Below, one piece after another: positions 35,007-43,713 of a stretch of DNA of 64,000 nucleotides. The position numbers and the translations under genes are program-made. The notes under the pieces are model-generated. The model was not told where the DNA came from. It ran no database searches and saw only the letters and a program-made list of their open reading frames with translations. The DNA is taken from the sequence record OP380604.1. One strand, 5' to 3'. The stretch's first letter is position 1; the number at the start of each line of letters is the position of its first letter.

Positions 35007-35291
35007 ATGTCTGTAAAAACTTTTGCTGAAACTCTGGTACGTGGTGGTGTTGTTGCTCAACGTCAAGCATGGAATGCCGGTCACGAAAACCAAGGCGCGT
35101 CTATCGACGTTCTGGCTTATGCTCTGGAAGTTGCTTCCGCTCTTCCCAAGAACAAGAAAGCCGTTGAACTGGTAGAATACATCAACCAGTGGGACATGGA
35201 ACAAGGATACGGTCTACGTTTCGCTAAAGAACTGGATAGCACTGTTGTTCGCGGTATCACTACCGAACTGAAAGACTACTTCAAATCCTGA
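35007..35291 (+). CDS. rIII: Lysis inhibition accessory protein RIII
   Basis: QRQAWNAGHENQGASIDV versus T4 QRNAWNNGHENYGASIDV. Confidence 0.9.
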   Translation: MSVKTFAETLVRGGVVAQRQAWNAGHENQGASIDVLAYALEVASALPKNKKAVELVEYINQWDMEQGYGLRFAKELDSTVVRGITTELKDYFKS

Positions 35292-35462
35292 ACTGATCAA
35301 TCACTGACATTCAGAGTCGAACGAGTCGTTGTTAAAGCTAAACCTAGAAAGCTTACGGCTCGTTGGACACTAGACGTCGAAAACATCGAAACTGAATTCG
35401 GTGATGACTGTGTTAAACAACTAATCGAATCTATACAAAAGGAAATTCAAAATGGCTGGTAA
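35292..35462 (+). other. Start-less gp23-like coding segment in frame after the rIII UGA (readthrough extension, non-canonical start or remnant)
   Basis: 56 open codons with no ATG/GTG/TTG; LTFRVERVVVKAKPRKLTARWTL aligns with this phage's gp23 MSFRIDKQVVEAKSRQLKAQYSI. Confidence 0.5.
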
Positions 35463-35883
35463 AAAATCTTCTCGTGGCAAGGGTCACTTCGCAACCTACA
35501 AAACCGCTGGTCTGTTTGTGAAAAACAAGACCCGGGATATCGAGCGTCATGTTGCCTCTAACCCGCAAGATGAAGTTGCTAAGGCAGCTCTGAAAAAGGT
35601 TCCCGCTAAGTCTTCTCGTTGGGGCTATGCCGGTCCGAAGAACCCGAAGAAAGGCGCACAAGAATCTCGTCTGGACGTTGCTCTGACTCGTCTGGTACGC
35701 AAAGCCGAGCGCGTATACAAGTACGTGAAAGATACCGAATCTCTGGTACTGGGCAAGCAAAATCGCATCGTTGATGCCGAAACCCAGCGTACCGAGTTCA
35801 AGTTCAAGCGTCACGCTCCACGTCCGACTGGTGCAGAAACTCAATCACCGGTTACCAAAAAGAAAGTTCGTCGCGGTAAGTGA
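35452..35883 (+). CDS. Highly basic hypothetical protein
   Basis: 143 aa, K/R-rich; SD AAGGA. Confidence 0.75.
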   Translation: MAGKKSSRGKGHFATYKTAGLFVKNKTRDIERHVASNPQDEVAKAALKKVPAKSSRWGYAGPKNPKKGAQESRLDVALTRLVRKAERVYKYVKDTESLVLGKQNRIVDAETQRTEFKFKRHAPRPTGAETQSPVTKKKVRRGK

Positions 35884-35944
35884 TTGACTTTGTAAATCAA
35901 GTTTAGTAAAATGGGGACAGTCGAAAGATTGTCCCCATTTTTAT
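35884..35944 (+). promoter_or_regulatory. Promoter overlapped by a long GAAA hairpin (also terminator-like)
   Basis: TTGACT-N17-TAAAAT; AAAATGGGGACAGTC-GAAA-GATTGTCCCCATTTT. Confidence 0.55.
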
Positions 35945-35954
35945 TGGTGAAAAC

Positions 35955-36161
35955 ATGAAATCGTTGATAATTATTCTCGCGTTTGCTATTGACTTTGCCA
36001 TGGTGAATGCTATGATTGGTATCAGTTATTATAAACAACTCGATTACGAAACATGTTTCGTTTTGGGGTATAGCCTGATCTTCTATGGACTAATTTGTTA
36101 TATAGGAGTTCAAGATACATTCGGTACTCACTTAATGAGATACCACAACCTATTGAGGTAA
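35955..36161 (+). CDS. Small membrane protein
   Basis: Two hydrophobic helices. Confidence 0.6.
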   Translation: MKSLIIILAFAIDFAMVNAMIGISYYKQLDYETCFVLGYSLIFYGLICYIGVQDTFGTHLMRYHNLLR

Positions 36162-36166
36162 TGAAA

Positions 36167-36598
36167 ATGGAAATGAATTTTGACGCTAAGATTATTCCGA
36201 TTGCTGTTCCGGAGGTTGGATACCGAGTTACCGGTCGTATCTTTGGAGATAAAGCCAAGCGTTTCGCTGACGGTACCAACGTCATGACTTCTACCGTTCA
36301 AGAAGTTGGTCAGGGTTGGTTTCGAACCCATAATACAGTTTATAAGATCATGACTCCGCAAGTTGAGCAAATGAGCACCCATGAGTTTGCTCAACTGCTT
36401 CTGAAATATGATGATGTTCCGATGTTTACGTGTGAATATGACGGAGATATTGAAAGCGACGACTATGAGATGGTATTGAGTCCGGTTCTTGGAGTTGATT
36501 TTGGTGTTGTTGCTGGTACCGCTGTTGTTTGTGTTGGTGAAGAAAGAATTGGATTTCAGGAGCTAGCGGATAAGCTGTACAATGAACGACTCGGCTAA
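36167..36598 (+). CDS. Hypothetical protein
   Basis: SD GAGGT before ATG 36167. Confidence 0.68.
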   Translation: MEMNFDAKIIPIAVPEVGYRVTGRIFGDKAKRFADGTNVMTSTVQEVGQGWFRTHNTVYKIMTPQVEQMSTHEFAQLLLKYDDVPMFTCEYDGDIESDDYEMVLSPVLGVDFGVVAGTAVVCVGEERIGFQELADKLYNERLG

Positions 36599-36755
36599 GT
36601 TGGCTAGACTAATGAAAGACGTAGAACGTCACGCCAGAAGACGCCAGAGACGTTCTGGCGTTATTCAGCCACGAATGAGCATGGATGCATTGTCTAAGCT
36701 TTTGAAACAGGCCAACGAGCGAACCAAGCTGTTGTATAGCGAGCTAACATGTTAG
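36582..36755 (+). CDS. Small basic hypothetical protein (57 aa)
   Basis: Fills the gap between two genes with overlaps at both ends; below the track cut-off. Confidence 0.5.
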   Translation: MNDSAKLARLMKDVERHARRRQRRSGVIQPRMSMDALSKLLKQANERTKLLYSELTC

Positions 36756-37213
36756 ATATTCATATCGGCACTGCGTACCCTGGTAACGTTTTGTCAAATC
36801 TCGCGCATAATTCATTTGTGTTTGATGATATCAGATGTGGTGGCATGGAGGGACTCTTGCAGTCCCTCAAGTTTCAAGAAGTTGATAAACAAATTCAGAT
36901 TGCCGCAATGAGTGGAACTGCCGCTAAGTTTCGCGGTGCGAAGAAGAAGTGGTATAACGATCAAACGCTATATTGGAAAGGTGTTCCGTTTAGTCGCCAT
37001 TCAGAAGCTTATCAGAATTTACTCGATAACGCTTATGATGAAATGTTTGTGCAAAACGAAAGTTTCCGAAAAGCTTTGACAGACTCCAAAAACACTGTAT
37101 TATGTCACTCTATCGGGCACACCGACCCACTTAGAACAATCTTAACCGTAGAGGAATTTTTATGTCGTCTGAACCGATTAAGGTCGCTATTATTGGTGGC
37201 GGCGAACGAATAG
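36749..37213 (+). CDS. 30.3: gp30.3-like NADAR-family protein
   Basis: LSNLAHNSF..D..GGMEGLLQSLK, TLYWKGVPFSRHS and NESFRKAL match T4 30.3. Confidence 0.88.
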   Translation: MLDIHIGTAYPGNVLSNLAHNSFVFDDIRCGGMEGLLQSLKFQEVDKQIQIAAMSGTAAKFRGAKKKWYNDQTLYWKGVPFSRHSEAYQNLLDNAYDEMFVQNESFRKALTDSKNTVLCHSIGHTDPLRTILTVEEFLCRLNRLRSLLLVAANE

Positions 37214-37500
37214 GAATGCGAGCTGAATTGGTCCGCATTCTTACCGAGAACGAAGATCTAAAGAAAGCTTTTGTTAGTCTTGAACTTACAGAGGAAGAAG
37301 TTTTGAATCAAATCGAAGAACTTCGTTCCGCCGAAGAAGAGAATAAGAAAATGCGGATTGTTATCTCTGATTCTCTCGCGATGTTAGATCATCTGATGTA
37401 TGAGCCAGCTCGCGAATTCAGTTGCAAACTCGAACAAGAAGTTCCGTTCTGGGCTATGCACGGTAACAAACGGAGCGTTTACAAATGTCACCGACGCTGA
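37162..37500 (+). CDS. Hypothetical protein
   Basis: 112-aa ORF overlapping the end of 30.3. Confidence 0.6.
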   Translation: MSSEPIKVAIIGGGERIGMRAELVRILTENEDLKKAFVSLELTEEEVLNQIEELRSAEEENKKMRIVISDSLAMLDHLMYEPAREFSCKLEQEVPFWAMHGNKRSVYKCHRR

Positions 37501-37739
37501 AATCGCATTATCGAGTGAACGGAAACTGGGTTAGCGGTTTCGAGTATCAATCATATCAACAAGGCAAACATGAGTGCGGTGAAACCGCTCTCTATACGAA
37601 CGATTATATTATCGTTACTTATTTCACGTTACAATCAACTATGGTGGTTACTTATGACAGACTTGGCAATCCAGTCTCAAACTCAACAACAGGACAAGAT
37701 GTACGGTTCCTTAAACCTAGATACGATCTTGTCGTCTAA
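37485..37739 (+). CDS. Hypothetical protein
   Basis: 84-aa ORF; SD GGAG. Confidence 0.55.
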   Translation: MSPTLKSHYRVNGNWVSGFEYQSYQQGKHECGETALYTNDYIIVTYFTLQSTMVVTYDRLGNPVSNSTTGQDVRFLKPRYDLVV

Positions 37740-38358
37740 GAAAAAGATTATCGTTACAGACGTTGACGGTGTATTGTTGTCATGGGCGTCAAATCTGCCG
37801 TTCTTCTGTGCTGAATACAATATCCCGACTGATGTTGTTATCGACTTGATTATCGATGAACGATTCCGCAAAGCCGGAGAGATCTTTCAGTGCAATCAAG
37901 AACACGGTGAAAATCTGATTCGGATGTACAACAATTCTAAGTGGTTCCGTGGACTTAAAGCATATGACGATGCTCTGTTGTGGGTAAATCGTCTCAAAAA
38001 GGACTTTGATTTCGTCGCTACTACCGCTATTGGGTCTGACTTCCAAGTTAGCGTCAATCGAATGTCAAATCTGAACGTGCTGTTTCCGAATGCGTTTAAA
38101 GAGATCTTGACTTGCGATCACAACGAGTCCAAAAGTAATATGTTCCGCCATGTTAAAGAACGATATGGCGAGGAAAACGTCGTTGGCTACGTTGATGATC
38201 TACATCATCATTTAGAATCATTTCATCGAGTTTTTGATTCCAAAAAGCTGAAATTCCATATTCTTCGTGGTCGCAATAAAAAGCTTGACTCTTCTATGAC
38301 TAACAAGCATAATGTTTGTAGTTGGGAACAGATCGCAAAAGCGGTGTACGAGGTATAA
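37699..38358 (+). CDS. 30.2: gp30.2-like HAD nucleotidase
   Basis: TDVDGVLLSWASNLPFF, LNVLFPNAF and YVDDL match T4 30.2. Confidence 0.88.
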   Translation: MYGSLNLDTILSSKKKIIVTDVDGVLLSWASNLPFFCAEYNIPTDVVIDLIIDERFRKAGEIFQCNQEHGENLIRMYNNSKWFRGLKAYDDALLWVNRLKKDFDFVATTAIGSDFQVSVNRMSNLNVLFPNAFKEILTCDHNESKSNMFRHVKERYGEENVVGYVDDLHHHLESFHRVFDSKKLKFHILRGRNKKLDSSMTNKHNVCSWEQIAKAVYEV

Positions 38359-38360
38359 TC

Positions 38361-38684
38361 ATGAAAGATATGTTCGGTAATATAGTTCGTCGTGGGTCGG
38401 TTGTGATTTACAATAGCGGAAGTGGCACAAAAATCTGCTTGGCTGTTACAGTTGCGAACGATAAATGTAGAATCATTCCTGCTGTAAAATCAGACGGCCA
38501 TGAAATGACGTTTACCGACATTACTTCAAACGGAATTGAAGTACCTTGTTCCTCTGTGTTTGTTACAAACACGTTCCTGTTTTATAAAACAAACTTGAAT
38601 ACTTGTAACATAGTGGACACGATTCAAAACACAATCATTAAAAATGTTAACATAAAAGAGGAATACTTGTCATGCCTTCGGTAA
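38361..38684 (+). CDS. Hypothetical protein
   Basis: SD GAGGT; KDMFGNIVRRGSVV motif. Confidence 0.65.
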   Translation: MKDMFGNIVRRGSVVIYNSGSGTKICLAVTVANDKCRIIPAVKSDGHEMTFTDITSNGIEVPCSSVFVTNTFLFYKTNLNTCNIVDTIQNTIIKNVNIKEEYLSCLR

Positions 38685-39067
38685 TTAAAGTTGAAAACGG
38701 GCGTCGCGTTTATGCATTCGGCAAACATGAGGACGTTTTCGGCAACGAAATGAAAGCAGGGGATCTGGTAGTTCATAGTGACAACGGATTCGGTATCGTC
38801 GTTAAGGTATGTGACGTATCCGTTCGAGTATACGAGATTCCAACAATTGAACTCGACAAAGAATATGAAGTTCAATTTGTGAAAGAAGCACCTCGCTGGA
38901 AAATGCCGGCTTGGAGTGACTCTAAGGTTGTCAAGTGTATGAACTGCACTCGTCGTATTGTTGAGACTCTGCCAAATCAGGACTTTGTTGTTGAATATAC
39001 GTTTTCAAACGGCGGTAAATTCTATACTAAGATGAACTGGCAGTATGAGGAAAAAGATTTCCAATGA
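38672..39067 (+). CDS. Hypothetical protein
   Basis: EDVFGNEMKAGDLVV motif. Confidence 0.65.
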   Translation: MPSVIKVENGRRVYAFGKHEDVFGNEMKAGDLVVHSDNGFGIVVKVCDVSVRVYEIPTIELDKEYEVQFVKEAPRWKMPAWSDSKVVKCMNCTRRIVETLPNQDFVVEYTFSNGGKFYTKMNWQYEEKDFQ

Positions 39068-39462
39068 AAAAGTGTTATGTCTTTATCAATCGCTACTTAG
39101 GCGATAAACAAGCTGGTATTCAAGCGGCACACGCAATCACTCGTATGATGATCAAACCTGAGTTTGATGTTGTTATGTGGGCAAGAGATCATGAGACTCT
39201 TGTTTTGCTTGACGGCGGAGATCATGATGATTTAAAATCTCTCGTAATCAAATACGGCATGTTTGGCAATGGTATGCGTAGCTTTAGCGAGCCGGGATTA
39301 AATCACGCTCTGACCGCTGTCGCTACTGTTCCGACTGCCAAGATGGAAGAGACGATTGACCAGTTCAAAGCTGCAATCAAAAATGGACAGACTGTTTATC
39401 CGGAAGGTGACATGGAAATAATCTGCCACAAAATTGCAACTGCTAGAAGTTTTAGGAGTTAA
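39064..39462 (+). CDS. Peptidyl-tRNA hydrolase type 2-like protein
   Basis: GIQAAHA, W...TLVLL and FSEPGLNHALTAVA pattern. Confidence 0.6.
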   Translation: MKKCYVFINRYLGDKQAGIQAAHAITRMMIKPEFDVVMWARDHETLVLLDGGDHDDLKSLVIKYGMFGNGMRSFSEPGLNHALTAVATVPTAKMEETIDQFKAAIKNGQTVYPEGDMEIICHKIATARSFRS

Positions 39463-39463
39463 T

Positions 39464-39832
39464 ATGGGATTTTTGGATGTATTTCGCAACAAAGCGAGAA
39501 TGTTTGCCAAAAACAGCGTGAACTTTACCGTTAACGGTAAAGTTCTGACCGGTAAGAATGTCGATATCGTTGGTGGTCGCGTTATGGTAGACGGCGAAGA
39601 AGTAGAAAACAGCTCTAAGCTTGTGATTCAGATTGTCGGCAACGTTGACAAACTGGAAGTTGGTGCCGGTGATGTTGAAATTAAAGGCGATGTTGTTAAC
39701 TGCGATGTTGATGCGGGTGACGTTGTGATTGGTGGTGACGTTGGTCGCTTGACTGTAGAATGTGGCGACGTTCGGGTTCAAGGCAAAAGCGGCAAATGTA
39801 ATGTTGCTTGTGGTGATCTGATTATTCATTGA
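39464..39832 (+). CDS. Beta-solenoid repeat protein
   Basis: Repeated V.AGDV.I.GDV units; SD AGGAG. Confidence 0.65.
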   Translation: MGFLDVFRNKARMFAKNSVNFTVNGKVLTGKNVDIVGGRVMVDGEEVENSSKLVIQIVGNVDKLEVGAGDVEIKGDVVNCDVDAGDVVIGGDVGRLTVECGDVRVQGKSGKCNVACGDLIIH

Positions 39833-39865
39833 CAACGTGTGGCACTATGATATAATGGTGCCACA
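39829..39865 (+). promoter_or_regulatory. Sigma70-like promoter of gene 30 with -10 in an inverted-repeat loop
   Basis: TTGACA-N16-TATAAT; TGTGGCAC / GTGCCACA. Confidence 0.7.
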
Positions 39866-39881
39866 TTTAAAGAGGGTTTAT

Positions 39882-41369
39882 ATGTTCGTATTAGACATTT
39901 TGAAAGCGATTGCTGCCGAAGATTCAACCAACAAAAAGCAACAAATCGTGGAGTATCACAAAAATGTTCCAGGTTTGAGCACTTGTTTTAAGTTCGCTTA
40001 CAACAAGCAAATTAACTTTGGCATAAACAAGAAGACTTTCCCAGTTGTTGTTGATTTTCATAACAAGACTGATATCATTGCAACTCTGACATTCATGGAA
40101 ACCTATCTGGTAACTCGCGCACTCACTGGCGGTACCGCTGTTGCTGAACTAGCGAAAGCGTTGTCCATGGGTAATGCTCATGATTATGAGGTTATTCGTC
40201 GCGTTATGTTCCGTGATCTCGAAATCGGCATCGGTGCAACAATCGCGAATAAAGTATGGGCAGATCTGTGTCCAAAACAGCCGCAAATGCTTGCACAGCC
40301 AGAAGATGATAAGCTTTCTATGGCTATTATCAATCGCGGCCACGCTATTGCAGAATTGAAAGCAGACGGTGCGCGTTGCTTTACTGATATCGACGCCGAT
40401 ACCGACTCTATCACTATGTATTCCCGTGCTGGCAACGAATACATGGGTCTGGATAAGCTGAAAGAAGCAATCAAGAAATCCGGTATGCAAAACTGGGTAA
40501 TCGACGGCGAGTTGGTATATCGCAAACAAAAAGCAGTAGCGACTGGTCTTAGCGCACTCATGGAAGATGACTCCGACGAATTTGACAAAGCCGAAGACGT
40601 GTCAGATCGCGAAGAAGGTAACGGCATCGTAAACAAGAGCCTGAAAAACTCAATCACTGTTGATGAAGCCGATTGCATCGTGTATCAAGTGTGGGACATT
40701 ATCCCGCGTGATGTTTATTACGGTCAGCGAGATTGTCCGAAAGACTTCTACTTTGAGAAGCGTCGGGAAATGCTGGAAGCGTTTGTATCGCGCTGCGATA
40801 GCTTCCGTGTGGAGATCATCGAACAGACTAAGGTAAGCACTCTGGCCGACGCCAAAGCAGTATACCAGCGTTATCGTGAACTCGGTTACGAAGGTATTAT
40901 TCTGAAATGTGGACTGAACATGTGGAAGAATACCCGTAGCAAAGATCAGGTTAAGTTCAAAGAAAAAATTCGGGTTGACGTTCGTGTGGTCGCTTTGTAT
41001 CCGCACGAAAAAGATCCGAACAAAGTTGGCGGATTCACAATCGAGACTGCCGACGGTAAAGTTCGCTGCAACTGTGGCTCCGGTTTTACCGATACAACTC
41101 AAGTCAAAGATAAGAAGACTAAGCAGTGGATTCCTATTCCTCTGCATGAGCGCGACTATCTGGATCGTGAATATCTCATGAGTATTGCCGATGAACTCAT
41201 TGGATCAATCTGGGAAATCGAGTGTAACGGGTTGACTCGCAACAAGAAAAACAAGAAGGAAGTCAGTTTCTTCCTGCCGATTATCAAACATCGTCGTATT
41301 GACAAAGACGAAGCTAACAACGTCGAACATGCATTCGACGAAAAGACAATCAAGAAGTTTTTCGGATAA
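39882..41369 (+). CDS. 30: ATP-dependent DNA ligase gp30
   Basis: KADGAR adenylation motif, IDGEL, EGIILK and CGSGF. Confidence 0.96.
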   Translation: MFVLDILKAIAAEDSTNKKQQIVEYHKNVPGLSTCFKFAYNKQINFGINKKTFPVVVDFHNKTDIIATLTFMETYLVTRALTGGTAVAELAKALSMGNAHDYEVIRRVMFRDLEIGIGATIANKVWADLCPKQPQMLAQPEDDKLSMAIINRGHAIAELKADGARCFTDIDADTDSITMYSRAGNEYMGLDKLKEAIKKSGMQNWVIDGELVYRKQKAVATGLSALMEDDSDEFDKAEDVSDREEGNGIVNKSLKNSITVDEADCIVYQVWDIIPRDVYYGQRDCPKDFYFEKRREMLEAFVSRCDSFRVEIIEQTKVSTLADAKAVYQRYRELGYEGIILKCGLNMWKNTRSKDQVKFKEKIRVDVRVVALYPHEKDPNKVGGFTIETADGKVRCNCGSGFTDTTQVKDKKTKQWIPIPLHERDYLDREYLMSIADELIGSIWEIECNGLTRNKKNKKEVSFFLPIIKHRRIDKDEANNVEHAFDEKTIKKFFG

Positions 41370-41373
41370 AAAT

Positions 41374-41398
41374 AAAGGGAGCCGTTGGCTCCCTTTTT
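41374..41398. terminator. Bidirectional terminator between gene 30 and alt
   Basis: AAAGGGAGCC-GTT-GGCTCCCTTT. Confidence 0.88.
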
Positions 41399-43338
41399 CA
41401 CATAATAGACCCGCAGTATTTGTCCGCGATTCGTTTCATTTCTTCTTTCTCTTTCTTGCTCATTTGCTTGGTGAATGACTCGCTGTTAACAGCGGCAGTG
41501 AACAACATAGCGGCTTTTACTTTGCTATCTGCTTTGTCTGCTTTCTTCTTAGCTTCTACCAATTCATTTTGATGATCTGAGAATCGAGAGAATTCTACCA
41601 GTCTTCCGGTATTCATGAATTCATCGCCGTCATAAACGACTTCATTAATGCTTACTTCTGACGGTGCGACACCCTTGCAAACGAAAAGAATATTGGTAAG
41701 TGTCTTTGTGAACTTATTAAAGTTCGCTGTTGCCATATCTTCGATTCGAATAGTGGTGCCACGAGGCAAAACAACTTCACATTCTCTTTCATATGGACTA
41801 TAATCACCTGGAATAATAACAGGAATCTTATCGAGTCCGCTGATCATAAATGCAGCAGTCATTGGGTCTTGCATAGGCTCGGTATCATCGATCTTGTCTC
41901 TTCGATTTGTGCTAGTCAATACTCTGGCAATATCGTGTTTGTCGTTACCACCAAAACTAAATCCAGTTCTGGGGTTCAATGACGTACTAACAAACGCTCT
42001 AAAGTGGAAAAGCTTGCCAACCGTGATATCAAAGACTTCCGAGCTAGGCAGCTTACTACCACGATAGACTGTAAGCTCCGGATTCACGCGAACGCCAGAA
42101 CGTTCAAACGCTTCATCGAGTTTCTTGATCCACTCGGTAGCAGCAGGAGTAACAAGTCCGTGAATGAGCTGATTATTAATTTGAGAATATCCTGAGCCGC
42201 AATAACGCTCAATAATAGCAACATCTTCCTTTGCAATATAAGTAGGACGGAAGCTTGCGTATGCCCCTGTAATCTTATCCGAAATAGATTCAACGATTCC
42301 GTGAGTAAATACTGCCTGTACAATGTTTTCAATCTCGGTAGCATTACCAGTGATTTCTTCCTCGATGAACTTTTTCAGATTAGTCATTTTATCGCCGTTT
42401 TCCAAGAAGTCTCTCATGGTGATATTCATTTCACCAATCTGTGCTGCAAGCTGTTTGGCTTCAACGCTATCTGCCATAGAGTTCATGGAAATAATACCCG
42501 CGATATTGCTTGTTTTCGCTGGGCGATCACCGGTTGGGTTAGTTGATGACATAAACACATTACTTGAATCAAGTTCATACTTAGCAAACAGGTCCGCAAC
42601 TTTAAATTCTGTTTTCTTGCTAACATCCACGTTACCCAACACAGGTGGATTATCTTTGATAAACTTGGCTGCGTTTTCCGGAACATCGCTACCGCCAACG
42701 ATTTCAGAAACTTTGATCATTGAAGGAACTTGACGCTTGATTTGCGGCTCAAGTTTAGTTACAATCTTTTCCATAGTTGATTCGTTAGCAGACAAGTCGG
42801 CAAGTGTAATCACCTCGTCGTCTTTGATGCCAAACACTTGAGCAACTGTTGGATTTTTGCCCTTGCGAGTCATGAAAATGTAGTTGAAACCTTTTTCGCC
42901 TACGTTGATTACTCCCTTCGGCTCAAACGGAACACCACTCTTTTTGACATATCGAGTTACGATAGCACTAACGCTTTCCGCTTTACCCATGCTAGACGGA
43001 ACACGGAAAATAACAACATCATTCAGCTTGTTTTCGTGAGTTTCGTTTGCTATAATCTCAGCAACGGTAGCAATTGCGTTAAGCGGCTTAGGAATAGATT
43101 TGATGTTCCTTGTTGTTTTACCACTTGACTCGATTTCGAACATGTGAAATACTGACGGTAGAGCTGACTTCTTGTAGGTAGCCAATCCGGTTGTTCGCAT
43201 ACTATTTGCTTTCACACCTAGGGTTTTGGGACCAACTGAGAAAGTCCATAGATCGTTGGACAGTGAGTTTTTGTTTGTTTTTGTAGAAGTGTATGGAACG
43301 GGCGATGCCTCGGTCATTAACATTTCTTTGATACTCAT
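41398..43338 (-). CDS. alt: Alt-like NAD:protein ADP-ribosyltransferase
   Basis: 646 aa; R-S-E motifs VYRG, FVSTSL and ERECEVVLPRG. Confidence 0.88.
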   Translation of the reverse strand: MSIKEMLMTEASPVPYTSTKTNKNSLSNDLWTFSVGPKTLGVKANSMRTTGLATYKKSALPSVFHMFEIESSGKTTRNIKSIPKPLNAIATVAEIIANETHENKLNDVVIFRVPSSMGKAESVSAIVTRYVKKSGVPFEPKGVINVGEKGFNYIFMTRKGKNPTVAQVFGIKDDEVITLADLSANESTMEKIVTKLEPQIKRQVPSMIKVSEIVGGSDVPENAAKFIKDNPPVLGNVDVSKKTEFKVADLFAKYELDSSNVFMSSTNPTGDRPAKTSNIAGIISMNSMADSVEAKQLAAQIGEMNITMRDFLENGDKMTNLKKFIEEEITGNATEIENIVQAVFTHGIVESISDKITGAYASFRPTYIAKEDVAIIERYCGSGYSQINNQLIHGLVTPAATEWIKKLDEAFERSGVRVNPELTVYRGSKLPSSEVFDITVGKLFHFRAFVSTSLNPRTGFSFGGNDKHDIARVLTSTNRRDKIDDTEPMQDPMTAAFMISGLDKIPVIIPGDYSPYERECEVVLPRGTTIRIEDMATANFNKFTKTLTNILFVCKGVAPSEVSINEVVYDGDEFMNTGRLVEFSRFSDHQNELVEAKKKADKADSKVKAAMLFTAAVNSESFTKQMSKKEKEEMKRIADKYCGSIM

Positions 43339-43363
43339 TTTTAACTCCTTACGTTATATTGCT

Positions 43364-43371
43364 TATTTAGA
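43364..43371 (-). promoter_or_regulatory. Late promoter (TCTAAATA) for alt
   Basis: Late box about 25 nt upstream of the alt start. Confidence 0.6.
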
Positions 43372-43381
43372 GGATTTCATC

Positions 43382-43711
43382 ATGGAAAACAGTCTGTTGT
43401 TTGCTTACAATCTGCGTCGCCAACTGCCGTCTGGTATCGTTGAAGACGTCGGTAACTTCCCTATCGTTGTTCATGTGAGCGACGACGAAATGGAAGATGG
43501 TATGATTCAACTCGAATCTCTGATTGATGTAATGCGGGATTCACTAGAAGGAAAACACGGATCCAAACTTCTGGGATTGACAATTGGTGACATTTGGGTA
43601 ACTCATATCGAAAACGAGTTTAATCCGTTCACGTTTGACATTAACGGTCAGACATATTTTTGTATTCAAAATCTCGAACAAGAGGTAGTTGAATCATTCT
43701 TTGAGGAGTAA
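43382..43711 (+). CDS. Hypothetical acidic protein
   Basis: SD GAGGA before ATG 43382. Confidence 0.7.
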   Translation: MENSLLFAYNLRRQLPSGIVEDVGNFPIVVHVSDDEMEDGMIQLESLIDVMRDSLEGKHGSKLLGLTIGDIWVTHIENEFNPFTFDINGQTYFCIQNLEQEVVESFFEE

Positions 43712-43713
43712 CA

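Noticed and set aside
36749-37213. T4-like nested 30.3' overlapping gene
   Set aside because: No alternative-frame ORF of 60 aa or more lies wholly inside 30.3 in the track; smaller ones were not evaluated.
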